Assembly: GCA_965203315.1 (NCBI GenBank)
Contig: OZ241857.1
Span: 1,344,001 to 1,408,000, forward strand
DNA: 64,000 nucleotides
From: Nitrosopumilus sp.
GTDB lineage: Archaea; Thermoproteota; Nitrososphaeria; Nitrososphaerales; Nitrosopumilaceae
Direction: 5' to 3'
In this document: positions 31,605 through 42,463 of the stretch, in pieces
Layout: every line of letters starts with the position of its first letter
How positions within the stretch are numbered: position 1 is the first letter of the stretch
Program-made: the position numbers and the translations under genes
Notes under the pieces: generated by a model
Databases searched by the model: none
The model's input: the letters and a program-made list of their open reading frames with translations, nothing else
Told to the model about the DNA's origin: nothing

Positions 31605-32335
31605 ATTGTAATCTCCATAGCATTCTTGGTGAGATCCCTGTCCGAATGTGTAAAGTGTTCACCTTTAGATAATTGCCCATCCTTTATAGTAACAACTCGA
31701 TCGACATTGCCAAAGTCCTCACTGTCGTGTGTAACTACAATGAATGTTTGATTTAGCTCCTTTGCCATAGACTTCATCATCTCAACTACAGTATGTGAAG
31801 TTACCGAATCAAGATTTCCAGTAGGCTCGTCCGCTAGAATTATGGATGGTTTGTTGATTAGAGCTCGTGCAACAGCTACTCGCTGAGCCTGACCTCCTGA
31901 TATCTTGTTTGCACGTTTATGTATATGATCTTTCAATCCAACAGTCTCTAGTAGATCGAGTGCTTGTTGCTTTATATCATTACCAAGACCTGCAATTTGA
32001 TGTGGCAACAAGACATTCTCTAGTACTGTAAGATCTGCTAAAAGATTTGAGAACTGGAAGACAAATCCAAGCTTTTTACTTCTAAAATCTGATATCTGAT
32101 TATCGTTTAACGTTGTAGTGTTTATTCCATCTATAAAGATCTCACCTCTAGTCGGATAATCCAATAGACCAATCATGTTGAGTAGTGTCGACTTGCCAGA
32201 GCCAGAACTACCAACTATCAAGACAAACTCACCCTTTGGTATCGCAAACGATACACTATCCAATGCTTTGACCTTGTTCTCGCCTTGACCATAAATCTTG
32301 GTCATATCTCTCACTTCGAGCACATTAGACAGCAC
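31601..32335 (-). CDS. ABC ATP-binding protein (LolD/MacB type)
   Basis: GSSGSGKST, ISGGQAQRVA, ILADEPTGNLD. Confidence 0.93.
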   Translation of the reverse strand: MLSNVLEVRDMTKIYGQGENKVKALDSVSFAIPKGEFVLIVGSSGSGKSTLLNMIGLLDYPTRGEIFIDGINTTTLNDNQISDFRSKKLGFVFQFSNLLADLTVLENVLLPHQIAGLGNDIKQQALDLLETVGLKDHIHKRANKISGGQAQRVAVARALINKPSIILADEPTGNLDSVTSHTVVEMMKSMAKELNQTFIVVTHDSEDFGNVDRVVTIKDGQLSKGEHFTHSDRDLTKNAMEITI

Positions 32336-33509
32336 GCATCGCCTCCACCGGCAACAATTTTGTAGCTCGATATGAAGGATATATTGACGCTATTATGGCC
32401 AAACCAAACGAGGTTAGCGCAGTTTGAACGATCTTGTACCAATCATAACTTACCTCTAATGGAATGCTATTGTTGAATGACATCTTGGTCTCTTTTGCAT
32501 AAAATGTATAACCTAGTCCAGCTGCGGTTCCCACTCCCGCACCTATTGCACCAATTATCATTCCCTGAAATATGAATATGATCAAAATATCTTTACGCTT
32601 GGCACCTATTGCACGCATTACCCCAATCTCTCGCGTCTTACCATTTACCAACATCATCTGTATGGTGACTATTGCAAAGGCAGACGACATCATGCCAAAG
32701 TACCCTATCATGTTTATCATCGCAATGCCTGAACGAAAACCCGCGAGCTGAGCCTCGGCAGACTCTTCTATCGTCTCTGCCACAAAGTCATCGTGTGGGA
32801 ATGAGCGTAAAAAGAAATCTCTGACCTCAATCGCCTTATCTGGATCATTGAGTTTTACCATGAACGAGCCCGTCTCCCCATGACGATTCATCATGTCACG
32901 TAGTGTATCGATATGAACTACTATCGAATAGTCCAACCCTTGACCGCCAGGCGATTTTGCAATACCGGTTACAGTAAATCGCCTACTCTGTTCTTGACCG
33001 TTTTTATCAATAACTGATACTTTGAGGCTATCGCCGACTCTCACATCACCTAGATCACGAGCTACATTAGATCCCAAAACTATCGAGTTTCGCGCGAATA
33101 CATACGAGCCTTCTTCAACCGTCTCATGAACGGTGGATGCTTTGACATCTCGGAATGGATCAACGCCTACTATGGGAATTCTACTATCCTCTATACGTTC
33201 ACCTTTCTTTATGAGATCTATCTCGGCAGTTCCTTCCAGCCGCGGAGTTGCCGCATATACCTCTGGAATCCGCTCAAACCATCTTACAATAGTCGTATCA
33301 GGCACTGTGATATAATGTGCTTCATCTGTAACATAAATATCTCCATTACGAAAGTCACTGATATCTCGAACTATTGCATCAAAGAGCCCTTGAAATATTA
33401 CAAAGTTTACATGAATTACCAAAATCCCTACCGTCACTGCAAGAACAGCTCCCATCAGACTGCCTTTTTTGTTAAAAAGCATCCTCTTTGCGAGTCGCAT
33501 CTTGTACAT
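32325..33509 (-). CDS. ABC permease (LolE/MacB/FtsX type)
   Basis: REIGVMRAIGA, YPSYRATKL.PVEAMR. Confidence 0.9.
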   Translation of the reverse strand: MYKMRLAKRMLFNKKGSLMGAVLAVTVGILVIHVNFVIFQGLFDAIVRDISDFRNGDIYVTDEAHYITVPDTTIVRWFERIPEVYAATPRLEGTAEIDLIKKGERIEDSRIPIVGVDPFRDVKASTVHETVEEGSYVFARNSIVLGSNVARDLGDVRVGDSLKVSVIDKNGQEQSRRFTVTGIAKSPGGQGLDYSIVVHIDTLRDMMNRHGETGSFMVKLNDPDKAIEVRDFFLRSFPHDDFVAETIEESAEAQLAGFRSGIAMINMIGYFGMMSSAFAIVTIQMMLVNGKTREIGVMRAIGAKRKDILIIFIFQGMIIGAIGAGVGTAAGLGYTFYAKETKMSFNNSIPLEVSYDWYKIVQTALTSFGLAIIASIYPSYRATKLLPVEAMRAV

Positions 33510-33856
33510 GTCTTGTGTGGTGATGGGCTACTAATTAATGAATCTGATCTTGGTTTTGTATTAGCACTTGTAGATATCAAGTTGAACGTCACTACAGTCT
33601 AAATATTATGCGTTATAGATACAATCAAGATGTAATTCTATCAAAGCAAATGAGGTTTTGGTTATTTGAGTATAGTTGAGCATTATATCGTGGAGTAATA
33701 GAATCAATAGAATCTTGTTGTAAAACAACTACAATAATCGAGATCTGATTTATCGTCACAAATGTTGACAGACTCGTATCTCTAATCTACTGTACGAGTG
33801 TAATAACAACTGTATTGTGGCAACATTAATGTATGTAGTCAAATGACTTTGAAGAA

Positions 33857-34654
33857 ATGTCGATCAAAGTCGATGAGATGCCAGAGCAAGGTGAGATAGT
33901 TGTCGCAACCGTCTCCAAGGTCATGGATCATGGTGCATATGTAACACTAGACGAATACGATGACATACAAGGATTTCTACATATATCAGAGATCGCTCCA
34001 GGTTGGATTCGATCTATAAACAAGTTTGTCAAAAATGGCGAAAAGAAGGTTCTGCTAATAAAGAAGATAAATCAACAGAGAGGCGACATCGATTTATCGT
34101 TAAAACAGGTCACAAACGACCAAAGGAAACAGAAACTAAAGGAAGTGAAAAAGTTTGAAAAGGGAAAGACACTTTTGCAAAATCTAAAAGAGAATGCAAA
34201 TCTATCTGATCAAGAGATCGAGACACTCGAAGATAGTATATACTCCAAGTATGACTCTGTGTATGATGCCTTTATCGATATAGGTAGAAATGGAATTGGT
34301 GCTATAAAGAATCTAAACATCACAAAAAAGACTGCAGACGCAATAGTTGTAATCTGTTCCAAGATCAAACTCCCAGCAGTCGAGGTACGTGGAATAATGA
34401 ATATTACAAATCCGAGACCAGACGGAGTAGAGATTATTAAAAAGACACTTCTTGATGTAATAAAAAAGAACACCCCAGTAACCATCACATATCTGGGTGC
34501 CCCAAAATACAGACTGGCAATTACATCAGAGGACTTTAAATCGGCGGAACGAACACTCAAACCATTAATTGCTGATATCCAAAGTATGATAGAGAAGAAG
34601 AAAGGTACATTTGTATTTGTACGTGAAGAGTCCAAAAAGACTAGGGAGAGTTAG
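33857..34654 (+). CDS. eif2a: Translation initiation factor 2 alpha subunit
   Basis: S1 domain GAYVTLDEY...LHISE, IDLSLK, GAPKYR. Confidence 0.95.
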   Translation: MSIKVDEMPEQGEIVVATVSKVMDHGAYVTLDEYDDIQGFLHISEIAPGWIRSINKFVKNGEKKVLLIKKINQQRGDIDLSLKQVTNDQRKQKLKEVKKFEKGKTLLQNLKENANLSDQEIETLEDSIYSKYDSVYDAFIDIGRNGIGAIKNLNITKKTADAIVVICSKIKLPAVEVRGIMNITNPRPDGVEIIKKTLLDVIKKNTPVTITYLGAPKYRLAITSEDFKSAERTLKPLIADIQSMIEKKKGTFVFVREESKKTRES

Positions 34655-34657
34655 AGC

Positions 34658-34828
34658 ATGAAGTTTCAACTGCGACGCTGCAGTACATGTTTCAGCTATA
34701 CACTAAAGCAAGAGTGTCCCAAATGTGGCAACGACACAATATCTGCACATCCTGCCAAATTCTCACCTGATGATAGATACATGCGGTATAGATTAGCAGA
34801 GAGATATACTCAGGATAGTGGTGTATAG
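34658..34828 (+). CDS. nop10: H/ACA RNP protein Nop10
   Basis: MKFQLRRCSTCFSYTLKQECPKCG...AHPAKFSPDDRY..YR; usual position after aIF2-alpha. Confidence 0.9.
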   Translation: MKFQLRRCSTCFSYTLKQECPKCGNDTISAHPAKFSPDDRYMRYRLAERYTQDSGV

Positions 34829-36957
34829 TCTTTGTTTACCTCATAGATGAATACTCCCAACTTTGGACCAACACTTGGATCATGATAACTATTTGATGCA
34901 TATACTAGTCGTAGTGGACCATCTCCATCTGCAGGATATTTGATATCTCTCTGATATACTCCAAGATATCCGTCGATATACCTAGCTGACTGTTGTTGCA
35001 AGTTTTCTTGATTTATGTATCCGAGTAGCGAGTATGGAAACATCTGTCCTAGAATAGTATCATTCCAGAAACGTTCTGTCCCACTGTTAAAGTCGTTGTG
35101 AAGAAACTCTGATACTTCAAATCCACCTATTCTTGTAAACCAGATCCGTTTGGCCTCATCTCCGCCTCCATTTAGAACATAGAGCTCTTCATTTTCACTA
35201 CCGCCTATCTTGTTTGCAGCTACAAATATCAGTACATAATCAGCTTGAGTCTCGATTATACTTTGATACGCATCATCGGGCGGACTCATAAATATGCGTG
35301 CAACATTCTGAATCTTGATAGTACTAGATGTCCAATTGTCTAACAGTGTCGCACGTTCGCCCATAGTTTGAATCCAATATCCATAGTCCCACCATGACAT
35401 AAAGACTGCATCTTTTGGAGTATTGTTCTTGATCCATTCGAATGTATCGAGCCAGTCATGTGAGATGATTCCGGCACTTGCACCTCCGTTTAGAATGGAT
35501 GGTGGTGTTCTGCCCACATCGGCTGCAGTGAATCCTGTAGGATATACGAGTGGAATCATCAAGAGAAAGATCAAGACTCCGCTAAAGACAATCTTTGTAC
35601 GATTATCTATCCTAGATCGTCTATCTGGAGCCTTTTTGAAGAAGTGATGGATCAAGATAGCTATTCCTAACGACGATAACATGATTATTGTAATTGACGC
35701 AAACAACTCTAGACGGATAAACGCCGAGCTGACATGTGCTCCAACTATACCAAAGATCAGCATAAAGATCAACATGTCGTCACGAATAAACTTGTCTCTA
35801 CTCTTGATTATTATCCATATGCCGATTCCTCCAAATATCAATAGTACAGAATTGAATATGTAAGACTGTTCTAGAGTCTTTGAGGTATGTTCAGATACAG
35901 AATCTGATAACGGATCAATGTTTACTAGGAATGGATTCAATGCATGCATATATCTATAGTTGGGTGTTGGGAACAAATCCGTCTCGATTCCAACTGCAAG
36001 AGCAGATGAACCGACAATGACAAACGCTGCTAGAAAGATTAGACCATTTCGACGCTTATTTGTACTAGTCTTACTTTGTACAAATATACACGATATTAGA
36101 AATATAGTAGTCGCAATCAAGACCAAGACCGCGGTAGGAGTGGTAAATATTCCCCTCTCGAATACAAATGATGTGATCAGAGCTGAAACAGTATAAACTG
36201 GAACGGCCCATAACAAAAATCGATGATCAGTTCTCACAAATGGTAACGCAATAAAGAAGAGACTAGTTGGAAGTATAAAGAATATACTGCCACCCCAAGC
36301 CGATATCGCAAATGCAGTAAAGACTCCTCCTGCAGCCAATTTTGCAAATGCAACCCTTCTGTTTGATGAGGTAATTCCACTCAACAGTAGATACGTACAC
36401 AATAGACCAAAGAATAGCCCCATCGGCTCAGATTTGTACCAACCTAACGAACTTCGAACTAGAACTGGTATGGACACTGCAAATAGCATCGATGCTATCA
36501 GACCAGCTGTCGTCCCACCTATCACTCGTACTAGAGCAAAGACCACTATGCTACTTAGTGAGATAAATACTACTGGAAAGAATACGATAAACTCGTATAG
36601 AGACGAACCGCCTCCAAATATAGAATACGTTAACGCAGCAGTAATGTGGGTTATGATCTGAGATGTTGCAGAGATGTTACGCCCATCAGGATACCAACTT
36701 AGTTCGTCATGCCATGTATAGTATGCATCGAGTCCGTTATTCACTAGATACTCGGTTGCTCGAAAGTTAAAGAAGGGGTCAAACTCGTTTAGATGCAGTC
36801 CAAACTGTTCTGCATACTGTACGGGCTGTACACGTATGAGAAATGCCATAGAGAATGACAGTGCCAATACGCCTATAATCAATAGGTGATGTAGTTTAAA
36901 CTCAAAGTTGCCAACGGTTACGAGTTTAGTGTTTGATAACATTTGATCTCTCATCAA
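34810..36957 (-). CDS. aglB: Oligosaccharyltransferase AglB (STT3)
   Basis: EFDPFFN, VSEH, WWDYG; many TMs. Confidence 0.92.
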   Translation of the reverse strand: MMRDQMLSNTKLVTVGNFEFKLHHLLIIGVLALSFSMAFLIRVQPVQYAEQFGLHLNEFDPFFNFRATEYLVNNGLDAYYTWHDELSWYPDGRNISATSQIITHITAALTYSIFGGGSSLYEFIVFFPVVFISLSSIVVFALVRVIGGTTAGLIASMLFAVSIPVLVRSSLGWYKSEPMGLFFGLLCTYLLLSGITSSNRRVAFAKLAAGGVFTAFAISAWGGSIFFILPTSLFFIALPFVRTDHRFLLWAVPVYTVSALITSFVFERGIFTTPTAVLVLIATTIFLISCIFVQSKTSTNKRRNGLIFLAAFVIVGSSALAVGIETDLFPTPNYRYMHALNPFLVNIDPLSDSVSEHTSKTLEQSYIFNSVLLIFGGIGIWIIIKSRDKFIRDDMLIFMLIFGIVGAHVSSAFIRLELFASITIIMLSSLGIAILIHHFFKKAPDRRSRIDNRTKIVFSGVLIFLLMIPLVYPTGFTAADVGRTPPSILNGGASAGIISHDWLDTFEWIKNNTPKDAVFMSWWDYGYWIQTMGERATLLDNWTSSTIKIQNVARIFMSPPDDAYQSIIETQADYVLIFVAANKIGGSENEELYVLNGGGDEAKRIWFTRIGGFEVSEFLHNDFNSGTERFWNDTILGQMFPYSLLGYINQENLQQQSARYIDGYLGVYQRDIKYPADGDGPLRLVYASNSYHDPSVGPKLGVFIYEVNKDYTPLS

Positions 36958-37070
36958 AGATACTATTCTTATTACTCTTTTGATAGAGTATCAAGTTGTT
37001 ATAATAAACTAGTGTCTCTGATCATATCTTGATATCGTGCCTATGTAATACGGACTCGATTCGTACCTCT

Positions 37071-37532
37071 TCATGGGGCATATCTGCCTGTTATCGTACC
37101 ACTATCTATGATATGATCTTTGATCATCGACTCGAGTTCAGGCTTTGTGATACCTTGTTTGGCATCTAGTTTACGATCTAGGGCATATATCTTAAAGATG
37201 TATGTGTGTTCTTTGTCAGGAGGTGCAGGTCCGCCATATCCGATCTCATCAAAGTCGGTCTTACCTTCAATGGATCCACTTGGTATCTTGCCTTCCTCAA
37301 ACTGTGAGCCTGGTGTAATATTGTATACTAGCCAATGAACCCAGACCTTTCCTACTGCAGCCATAGCATCTGGATCATCAACCACTAGTGCTAGTGACAC
37401 TGTGCCTTGCGGTATATTGCTGATGTGTAGTGGCGGGCTTGTGTTTTCATGTTTGTATCCAAATCTTTTAGGAATGGTCTCACCATCCGCAAACGCCGCA
37501 CTCTCAAGTGATATACCCATTGTTATACACAC
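37071..37532 (-). CDS. YbhB/YbcL (PEBP) family protein
   Basis: SPPL, DDPDA, WVHW, YGGPAPP, H.Y.F.IYALD. Confidence 0.9.
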   Translation of the reverse strand: MCITMGISLESAAFADGETIPKRFGYKHENTSPPLHISNIPQGTVSLALVVDDPDAMAAVGKVWVHWLVYNITPGSQFEEGKIPSGSIEGKTDFDEIGYGGPAPPDKEHTYIFKIYALDRKLDAKQGITKPELESMIKDHIIDSGTITGRYAP

Positions 37533-37545
37533 AATATACTACAAG

Positions 37546-37926
37546 TTAAATTTTTCTTAGAGGTTCTAGTACTATACGATCATTTGCAAAAGATAGTATT
37601 GCTGATCCACGCAGCTTTATTCGTGATTTAAGCTCTCTATCTATAGTTGCAACGATTCCGCCATGTTTGGAGACATGATCCAAGATTGCTTGATCTGCAA
37701 AACTTCCACGCAGATGTATTCTCTTGAACTTTCTGATGTAACGTATGGTCTGTTCAACATCTGCTTGCTTGACGGGATCATCCTTTAGAGAGTCCAACTC
37801 TTTATCTACAATATTTGGTACTAGAAACGATATAGAACCAATATCGGTATCTATACTATCAATATTTTTGATTCGTTTTGTTGCTAGATGAATCAAGAAA
37901 CTCGTATCGCAGATTACATCAACCAA
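37546..37926 (-). CDS. PIN-domain protein (Fcf1/Utp24-like)
   Basis: ICDTSFL, ADQAI, VATIDRELK; usual position after aIF2-gamma. Confidence 0.85.
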   Translation of the reverse strand: MVDVICDTSFLIHLATKRIKNIDSIDTDIGSISFLVPNIVDKELDSLKDDPVKQADVEQTIRYIRKFKRIHLRGSFADQAILDHVSKHGGIVATIDRELKSRIKLRGSAILSFANDRIVLEPLRKI

Positions 37927-37931
37927 CTAGA

Positions 37932-39194
37932 TCAACCAATTACTCCGGCACCAATAAGTCGCCAACGATCAGATATTCTTCTACTCAATGCAACATTTCC
38001 TCCCTTGAATATACATACAGGTCGACGAAGTTCCAACTCTATATGCTCTGCATTCACTTTGACAACTTTGCCTAACAATGGGGCTGTTCCAATGTTAAGT
38101 CGAAGTAGTTCGCCTAGACGTATTGGTTGAATCTTGACGTCTTCGGTAGTACCTACAGCCGAATCAAACAGACTTGTCTCTAGTTTGAGATCTGTAGATA
38201 TGTCAGGAAGTGTGCCTGGTTTACCAACAACAGAGCCAATAAAAGAGTCGCTACGAGTCATCGAAGGATCTAGTTTTGTACCTATCGCAACTAGACCTCC
38301 TGGCTTTACTGAATCTACTATTCCAGCTGGAGTTCCTAATGAGACGATCTCTGTTTGAAGTGTTTCGTATCGCTTCTTCTTCTCGTTTAATACCCCTGGC
38401 TTTATCTCGATCTCGTCGCCAACGTTGAATGTTCCTTGTGTGAGACTACCACCTATGACCCCTCCCTTTATCTTTTTGATACTTGTTCCAGGTTTGTTGA
38501 CATCAAAGGAACGTAGTACATGCATTATCGGTTCTTTAGTGTCGTCTCTGATAGGTGTCTGTATGGTCTCTTCGATGGCACCGATCAATGCATCTATGTT
38601 TAACTGAGACTGTGCTGAGATTGGAATGATCTGCGAATCTACAGCAATCGTATCTTTTGTAAATTTTGTAATATCTTGATAGTTTGACATTGCTTCTTCG
38701 TACGTTAGTAGATCAACCTTATTCTGTACAATGACTATCTGTTTTATGCCCAACGTTTGTAGCGCTAAAAGATGCTCTTTGGTTTGTGGTTTTGGAACTC
38801 GCTCGTTTGCAGCAACTAGTAGTAATGCACCGTCCATCAATGCCGAACCAGACAACATATTGGCCATCAGACTCTCATGTCCTGGACTATCCACAAAACT
38901 TACAACCCTACTTAACTCACTAGTCTTTCCACAGCTAGTACATTTAGGTGTCGTCGAATAGCAAGACGGTTCTTTACACTCTTTACATTTGTAGAATGCG
39001 GCATCCGAGTAACCTACTCTGATTGTAATTCCTCGTTTCAACTCTTGACTATGTACACTAGTCCATTCGCCGGTTAGTGTTTGGATTAATGTTGTTTTGC
39101 CATGATCTACATGACCGACGGTTCCAATATTTACACATGGTTGATAACCGTATCTCTCTATATACCAGTCAGGAAGTGTGTCTCGCCAATGCAT
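37932..39194 (-). CDS. eif2g: Translation initiation factor 2 gamma subunit
   Basis: GHVDHGKTT, RGITIRVGY, Zn ribbon, DSPGHE, NKVD. Confidence 0.96.
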   Translation of the reverse strand: MHWRDTLPDWYIERYGYQPCVNIGTVGHVDHGKTTLIQTLTGEWTSVHSQELKRGITIRVGYSDAAFYKCKECKEPSCYSTTPKCTSCGKTSELSRVVSFVDSPGHESLMANMLSGSALMDGALLLVAANERVPKPQTKEHLLALQTLGIKQIVIVQNKVDLLTYEEAMSNYQDITKFTKDTIAVDSQIIPISAQSQLNIDALIGAIEETIQTPIRDDTKEPIMHVLRSFDVNKPGTSIKKIKGGVIGGSLTQGTFNVGDEIEIKPGVLNEKKKRYETLQTEIVSLGTPAGIVDSVKPGGLVAIGTKLDPSMTRSDSFIGSVVGKPGTLPDISTDLKLETSLFDSAVGTTEDVKIQPIRLGELLRLNIGTAPLLGKVVKVNAEHIELELRRPVCIFKGGNVALSRRISDRWRLIGAGVIG

Positions 39195-39228
39195 ATAGAG
39201 TCAAAAGGAAGAACTACTATATGTTAAG

Positions 39229-39612
39229 TTATTCATTCTTTGTCTCGGTTTTTTTCGATTCGTCAACTGGCAATTCACCATCAAATCTACAATTGATCTG
39301 ATAAATCTCTTCAGATACCGATTTTCCTCGCATCAGTTTTCGTACACGTTGTCCTGTCTCTGCTTTCTGTAATCCGACTCCCTTTGTCAACAAGACATAC
39401 TTGCGTGAAGAGCCATGAATATCACTCCGCATAGGGACTCCTGACTTGTCACTACCTCCGGTCAGTTTGAGCTTGCCTGAAAGCCCTACTATTGTAGCAT
39501 CGGTTTCGTTGCCCAACTCTAGTCCAATCAACGGATTTGCATCACTGTCTTTGAGTTCCTTTGTGATCGATCTACCCTTGATATCAGAGATGGTCAGCTT
39601 AAAGTTTGCCAA
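39229..39612 (-). CDS. rps6e: 30S ribosomal protein S6e
   Basis: LKLTGGSDKSGVPMR, G.RVRK..RG, QIN. Confidence 0.95.
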   Translation of the reverse strand: MANFKLTISDIKGRSITKELKDSDANPLIGLELGNETDATIVGLSGKLKLTGGSDKSGVPMRSDIHGSSRKYVLLTKGVGLQKAETGQRVRKLMRGKSVSEEIYQINCRFDGELPVDESKKTETKNE

Positions 39613-39697
39613 GTATTTGAGAGACGTATGTAAACAACTAATTAACCTTTGGAACTTTGCAGACGAGTTTTAATAATGTTACATCTTTACAAATATT

Positions 39698-39820
39698 GTG
39701 GGCTCAGAGATTACATGTCCAATATGTGGTGAAACGATGATAGACATTCAAACATGTCACATGCTCTGCCCCAACTGCGGTGGTCATCTAGACTGCTCAG
39801 ACAAGGGTAACTATTGGTGA
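39698..39820 (+). CDS. Small zinc-ribbon protein (40 aa)
   Basis: MGSEITCPICGETMIDIQTCHMLCPNCGGHLDCSDKGNYW*. Confidence 0.7.
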   Translation: MGSEITCPICGETMIDIQTCHMLCPNCGGHLDCSDKGNYW

Positions 39821-39994
39821 TCATAGTCCTGGTCGATCTGGAATATAGTCTGTTGCCATGTTTATTGCATTCTCTTTCATGATCTCAATATATGTATCAT
39901 AGTCAGCTTCAAAGTTGCAATGTGGACACTTTACCTTGGTTATCTCGTCGTCTAGAACTGCAACCCGTTCACATTCGGGACACTTTGCATCCAT
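39821..39994 (-). CDS. Small zinc-ribbon protein (57 aa)
   Basis: MDAKCPECERVAVLDDEITKVKCPHCNFEADYDTYIEIMK... Confidence 0.75.
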   Translation of the reverse strand: MDAKCPECERVAVLDDEITKVKCPHCNFEADYDTYIEIMKENAINMATDYIPDRPGL

Positions 39995-40176
39995 GATGTA
40001 TCTTGTATGCTGTGATATTTAACGATTGTATCTTCACTGTAATGTCTCTAGTAATACAAGTTATCATTCACACTGGAGGTGTTTGATGTGGTGCATGACC
40101 TGTATATCTAGGCAGATTGAATCAAGATGATATAGTTAGAATTAAAAGATCGTCAACGTTCATTTAGCTCTTAGAG

Positions 40177-41295
40177 ATGGCTATGCAAGATATTACATTA
40201 CCTAAAGTTGAGACAAGGAAAGAGTTTATGGATTTTTTAACAGATTCTATCAATCCTCCAAAATATGATGACGATTCATCTAAAGTAGGCGAGTCAAGAG
40301 AGTTAAAGACGTACATATTGGAATCAGATGGAGGTTTCTTGTCTTTGGAGACAGACGAACTCAAATGTTCTGTTATCGATACACAAGTACAAGATATTAA
40401 AATACTCAATGTTGTTGAACAAAAACATGATTCAGGTAATGTAGAATTTTATTTAGAAACCAATGATGATCGATTCTTTTTACTTCATACTAGTGCAAAA
40501 TCAGAATTTACATCGAGAATTATTGATAATCTAGTACAAGATTTAAAACACACTTTTGATCATACATGGTTTTATTCAAATATGTTGAAGGATTTGGCAA
40601 AACAAACCGGAAATCATTTTAAAGGATTTAGTGTAAACTATTCAAATGAATATCTTGGACCAAGTGAGGACCTTGATGATATAGAAGATCTCAATCTTTC
40701 AATAAATGGTTCATCCGCAAAAAAACTAGAAGAGATCATTACAAACGATGAGTCATATGCATCAAAGATTGCGTTTAGTAAAATACGAATAGCTAGAGGA
40801 GATACTAAATCTATTAATGATTCAGTTTTTGACGATATCACTAACACCGGTTATTTTTCGATAAAAAAAGGAAAATCTGTCCAAGATCATTTGCAATTAG
40901 TAGATATAGCTAAAGACAGATACTTTGAAACGCTCTCATGTGTTGAAGATCAACGAATAGGGTTCAAAGAGATTGAGGGAAGGACTCTTTTTGAAGGAAA
41001 ATCTTTTGATTTTGAGTTTCCTAAACCCATTGAAAATCTTTCCTTATTTTTAAAAAATTTATTCAATTCTGCATATCCATTCAAATTATGGGGTATGAAG
41101 ACAAAGATTCAGGATGATTATTTCAAAATTATGGCAATTGATCTGCATACAGGCAACCCAATAGATTTTGAAATTTCCAGCGAAATGATGAGAGCTTATC
41201 TATTTAAAGGTAATTGCGGTAACACTATTTTGAGATTATTCACAAATTTACAAATGTACTATGATTCAAACATACGCTGTGCCCAATTAGAATAA
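40177..41295 (+). CDS. AT-rich hypothetical protein (island)
   Basis: 372-aa intact ORF; C-terminal PFKLWG...AIDLHTG...CGNTILRLFTNLQ; family not recognised. Confidence 0.7.
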   Translation: MAMQDITLPKVETRKEFMDFLTDSINPPKYDDDSSKVGESRELKTYILESDGGFLSLETDELKCSVIDTQVQDIKILNVVEQKHDSGNVEFYLETNDDRFFLLHTSAKSEFTSRIIDNLVQDLKHTFDHTWFYSNMLKDLAKQTGNHFKGFSVNYSNEYLGPSEDLDDIEDLNLSINGSSAKKLEEIITNDESYASKIAFSKIRIARGDTKSINDSVFDDITNTGYFSIKKGKSVQDHLQLVDIAKDRYFETLSCVEDQRIGFKEIEGRTLFEGKSFDFEFPKPIENLSLFLKNLFNSAYPFKLWGMKTKIQDDYFKIMAIDLHTGNPIDFEISSEMMRAYLFKGNCGNTILRLFTNLQMYYDSNIRCAQLE

Positions 41296-41556
41296 CTTGA
41301 TTACTAATGAACAAATTTTTTCGGTTTATGTGGAATAACATTTTACAAGGATGTTCTCGTCACATTTTCCCTATAGTCACATAGTACTTTTTCTATAAAA
41401 TTCTATCCCACCTAAATCGAATAGATCATGCTTGTAAACAAAGTATCTGCGCCTGCATTACGCATGATCTCAACATACACGTTACCATCTCGATCTCATA
41501 TCCATTCATTATCAAAAAGGTATGAATTTCTAATCATTTATCATAGTTTAAAGTTT

Positions 41557-42463
41557 GGCGATTGCTCATTTCGAGCCCCTAACTAAATATGACTAAATTT
41601 AGACGCAAGTCTTGATGGATTTGATATCTCTTCTTGAGATGAGAAATGATGGGTATGCAATAATGAAATATTTGGAATCTCATAGTTCAGACAAGATCGT
41701 TTGTAAATTTTGTCAGTGCGATCAATACCATTACATGAAAAACAGAGATCGGTTACGTTGTAAATTATGCAAAAAAGATTTCAGACCGTTTAACAAATCC
41801 AGATTTTCGTCACTCAAAATCTCATATTCAAAATGGCTGGTACTTGTCAAATTGTTTGAACTAGCTGTATCTGCAAGAGTTGCTGCAAAACAAGCAAGAT
41901 TGTCTTACAATACGACACTCAAATCTTTTGATATTTTCAGGAGCGTGATTCTAATGCAACTAAATGACGAATATCGAACATTAAAGGGCAAAATCGAAGC
42001 AGATGAGTCGTATTTTGGGGGTAAACGTAAAGGAAAACGAGGCCGCGGCGCCGGAAATAAGACTATCGTTTTTGGCATATTGCAGAGAGGTGGCAAGGTA
42101 CGTGTTGACATTGTACCAGACGTCACAGCTAAAACTCTGCTTGAATCAACGATCAAGAAAGTAAAGAAGGGCAGCATGATATACACGGACAAGTGGAAAG
42201 GGTATGACACCTTGATCTTTCATGGATATGATCGAGAATCAGTTAATCATCAAAAGATCTTCGCAAAAGGCGATGTTCACATCAATGGAATGGAAGGGTT
42301 CTGGGGCTTTGCTAAATTGAACTTGGCAAAGTATCGAGGTGTGAGTTCAAAGAAATTCTTACTGTATCTCAAGGAGATGGAGTGGCGATACAATAACCGA
42401 GAATGCGATCTGTTTGATTTATTGGTACAATACATGCTTAGGGGCTCGAAATGAGCAATCGCC
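41557..42463 (+). mobile_element. IS1595-family insertion sequence, 907 bp
   Basis: Perfect 26-bp TIRs GGCGATTGCTCATTTCGAGCCCCTAA; AAAGTTT duplicated at 41550-41556 and 42464-42470. Confidence 0.93.
41612..42454 (+). CDS. IS1595-family transposase
   Basis: Zn ribbon CxxC...CxxC, EADESYFGG, GRGAGNK, IYTD, HINGMEGFW, YLKEMEWRYN. Confidence 0.93.
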   Translation: MMDLISLLEMRNDGYAIMKYLESHSSDKIVCKFCQCDQYHYMKNRDRLRCKLCKKDFRPFNKSRFSSLKISYSKWLVLVKLFELAVSARVAAKQARLSYNTTLKSFDIFRSVILMQLNDEYRTLKGKIEADESYFGGKRKGKRGRGAGNKTIVFGILQRGGKVRVDIVPDVTAKTLLESTIKKVKKGSMIYTDKWKGYDTLIFHGYDRESVNHQKIFAKGDVHINGMEGFWGFAKLNLAKYRGVSSKKFLLYLKEMEWRYNNRECDLFDLLVQYMLRGSK

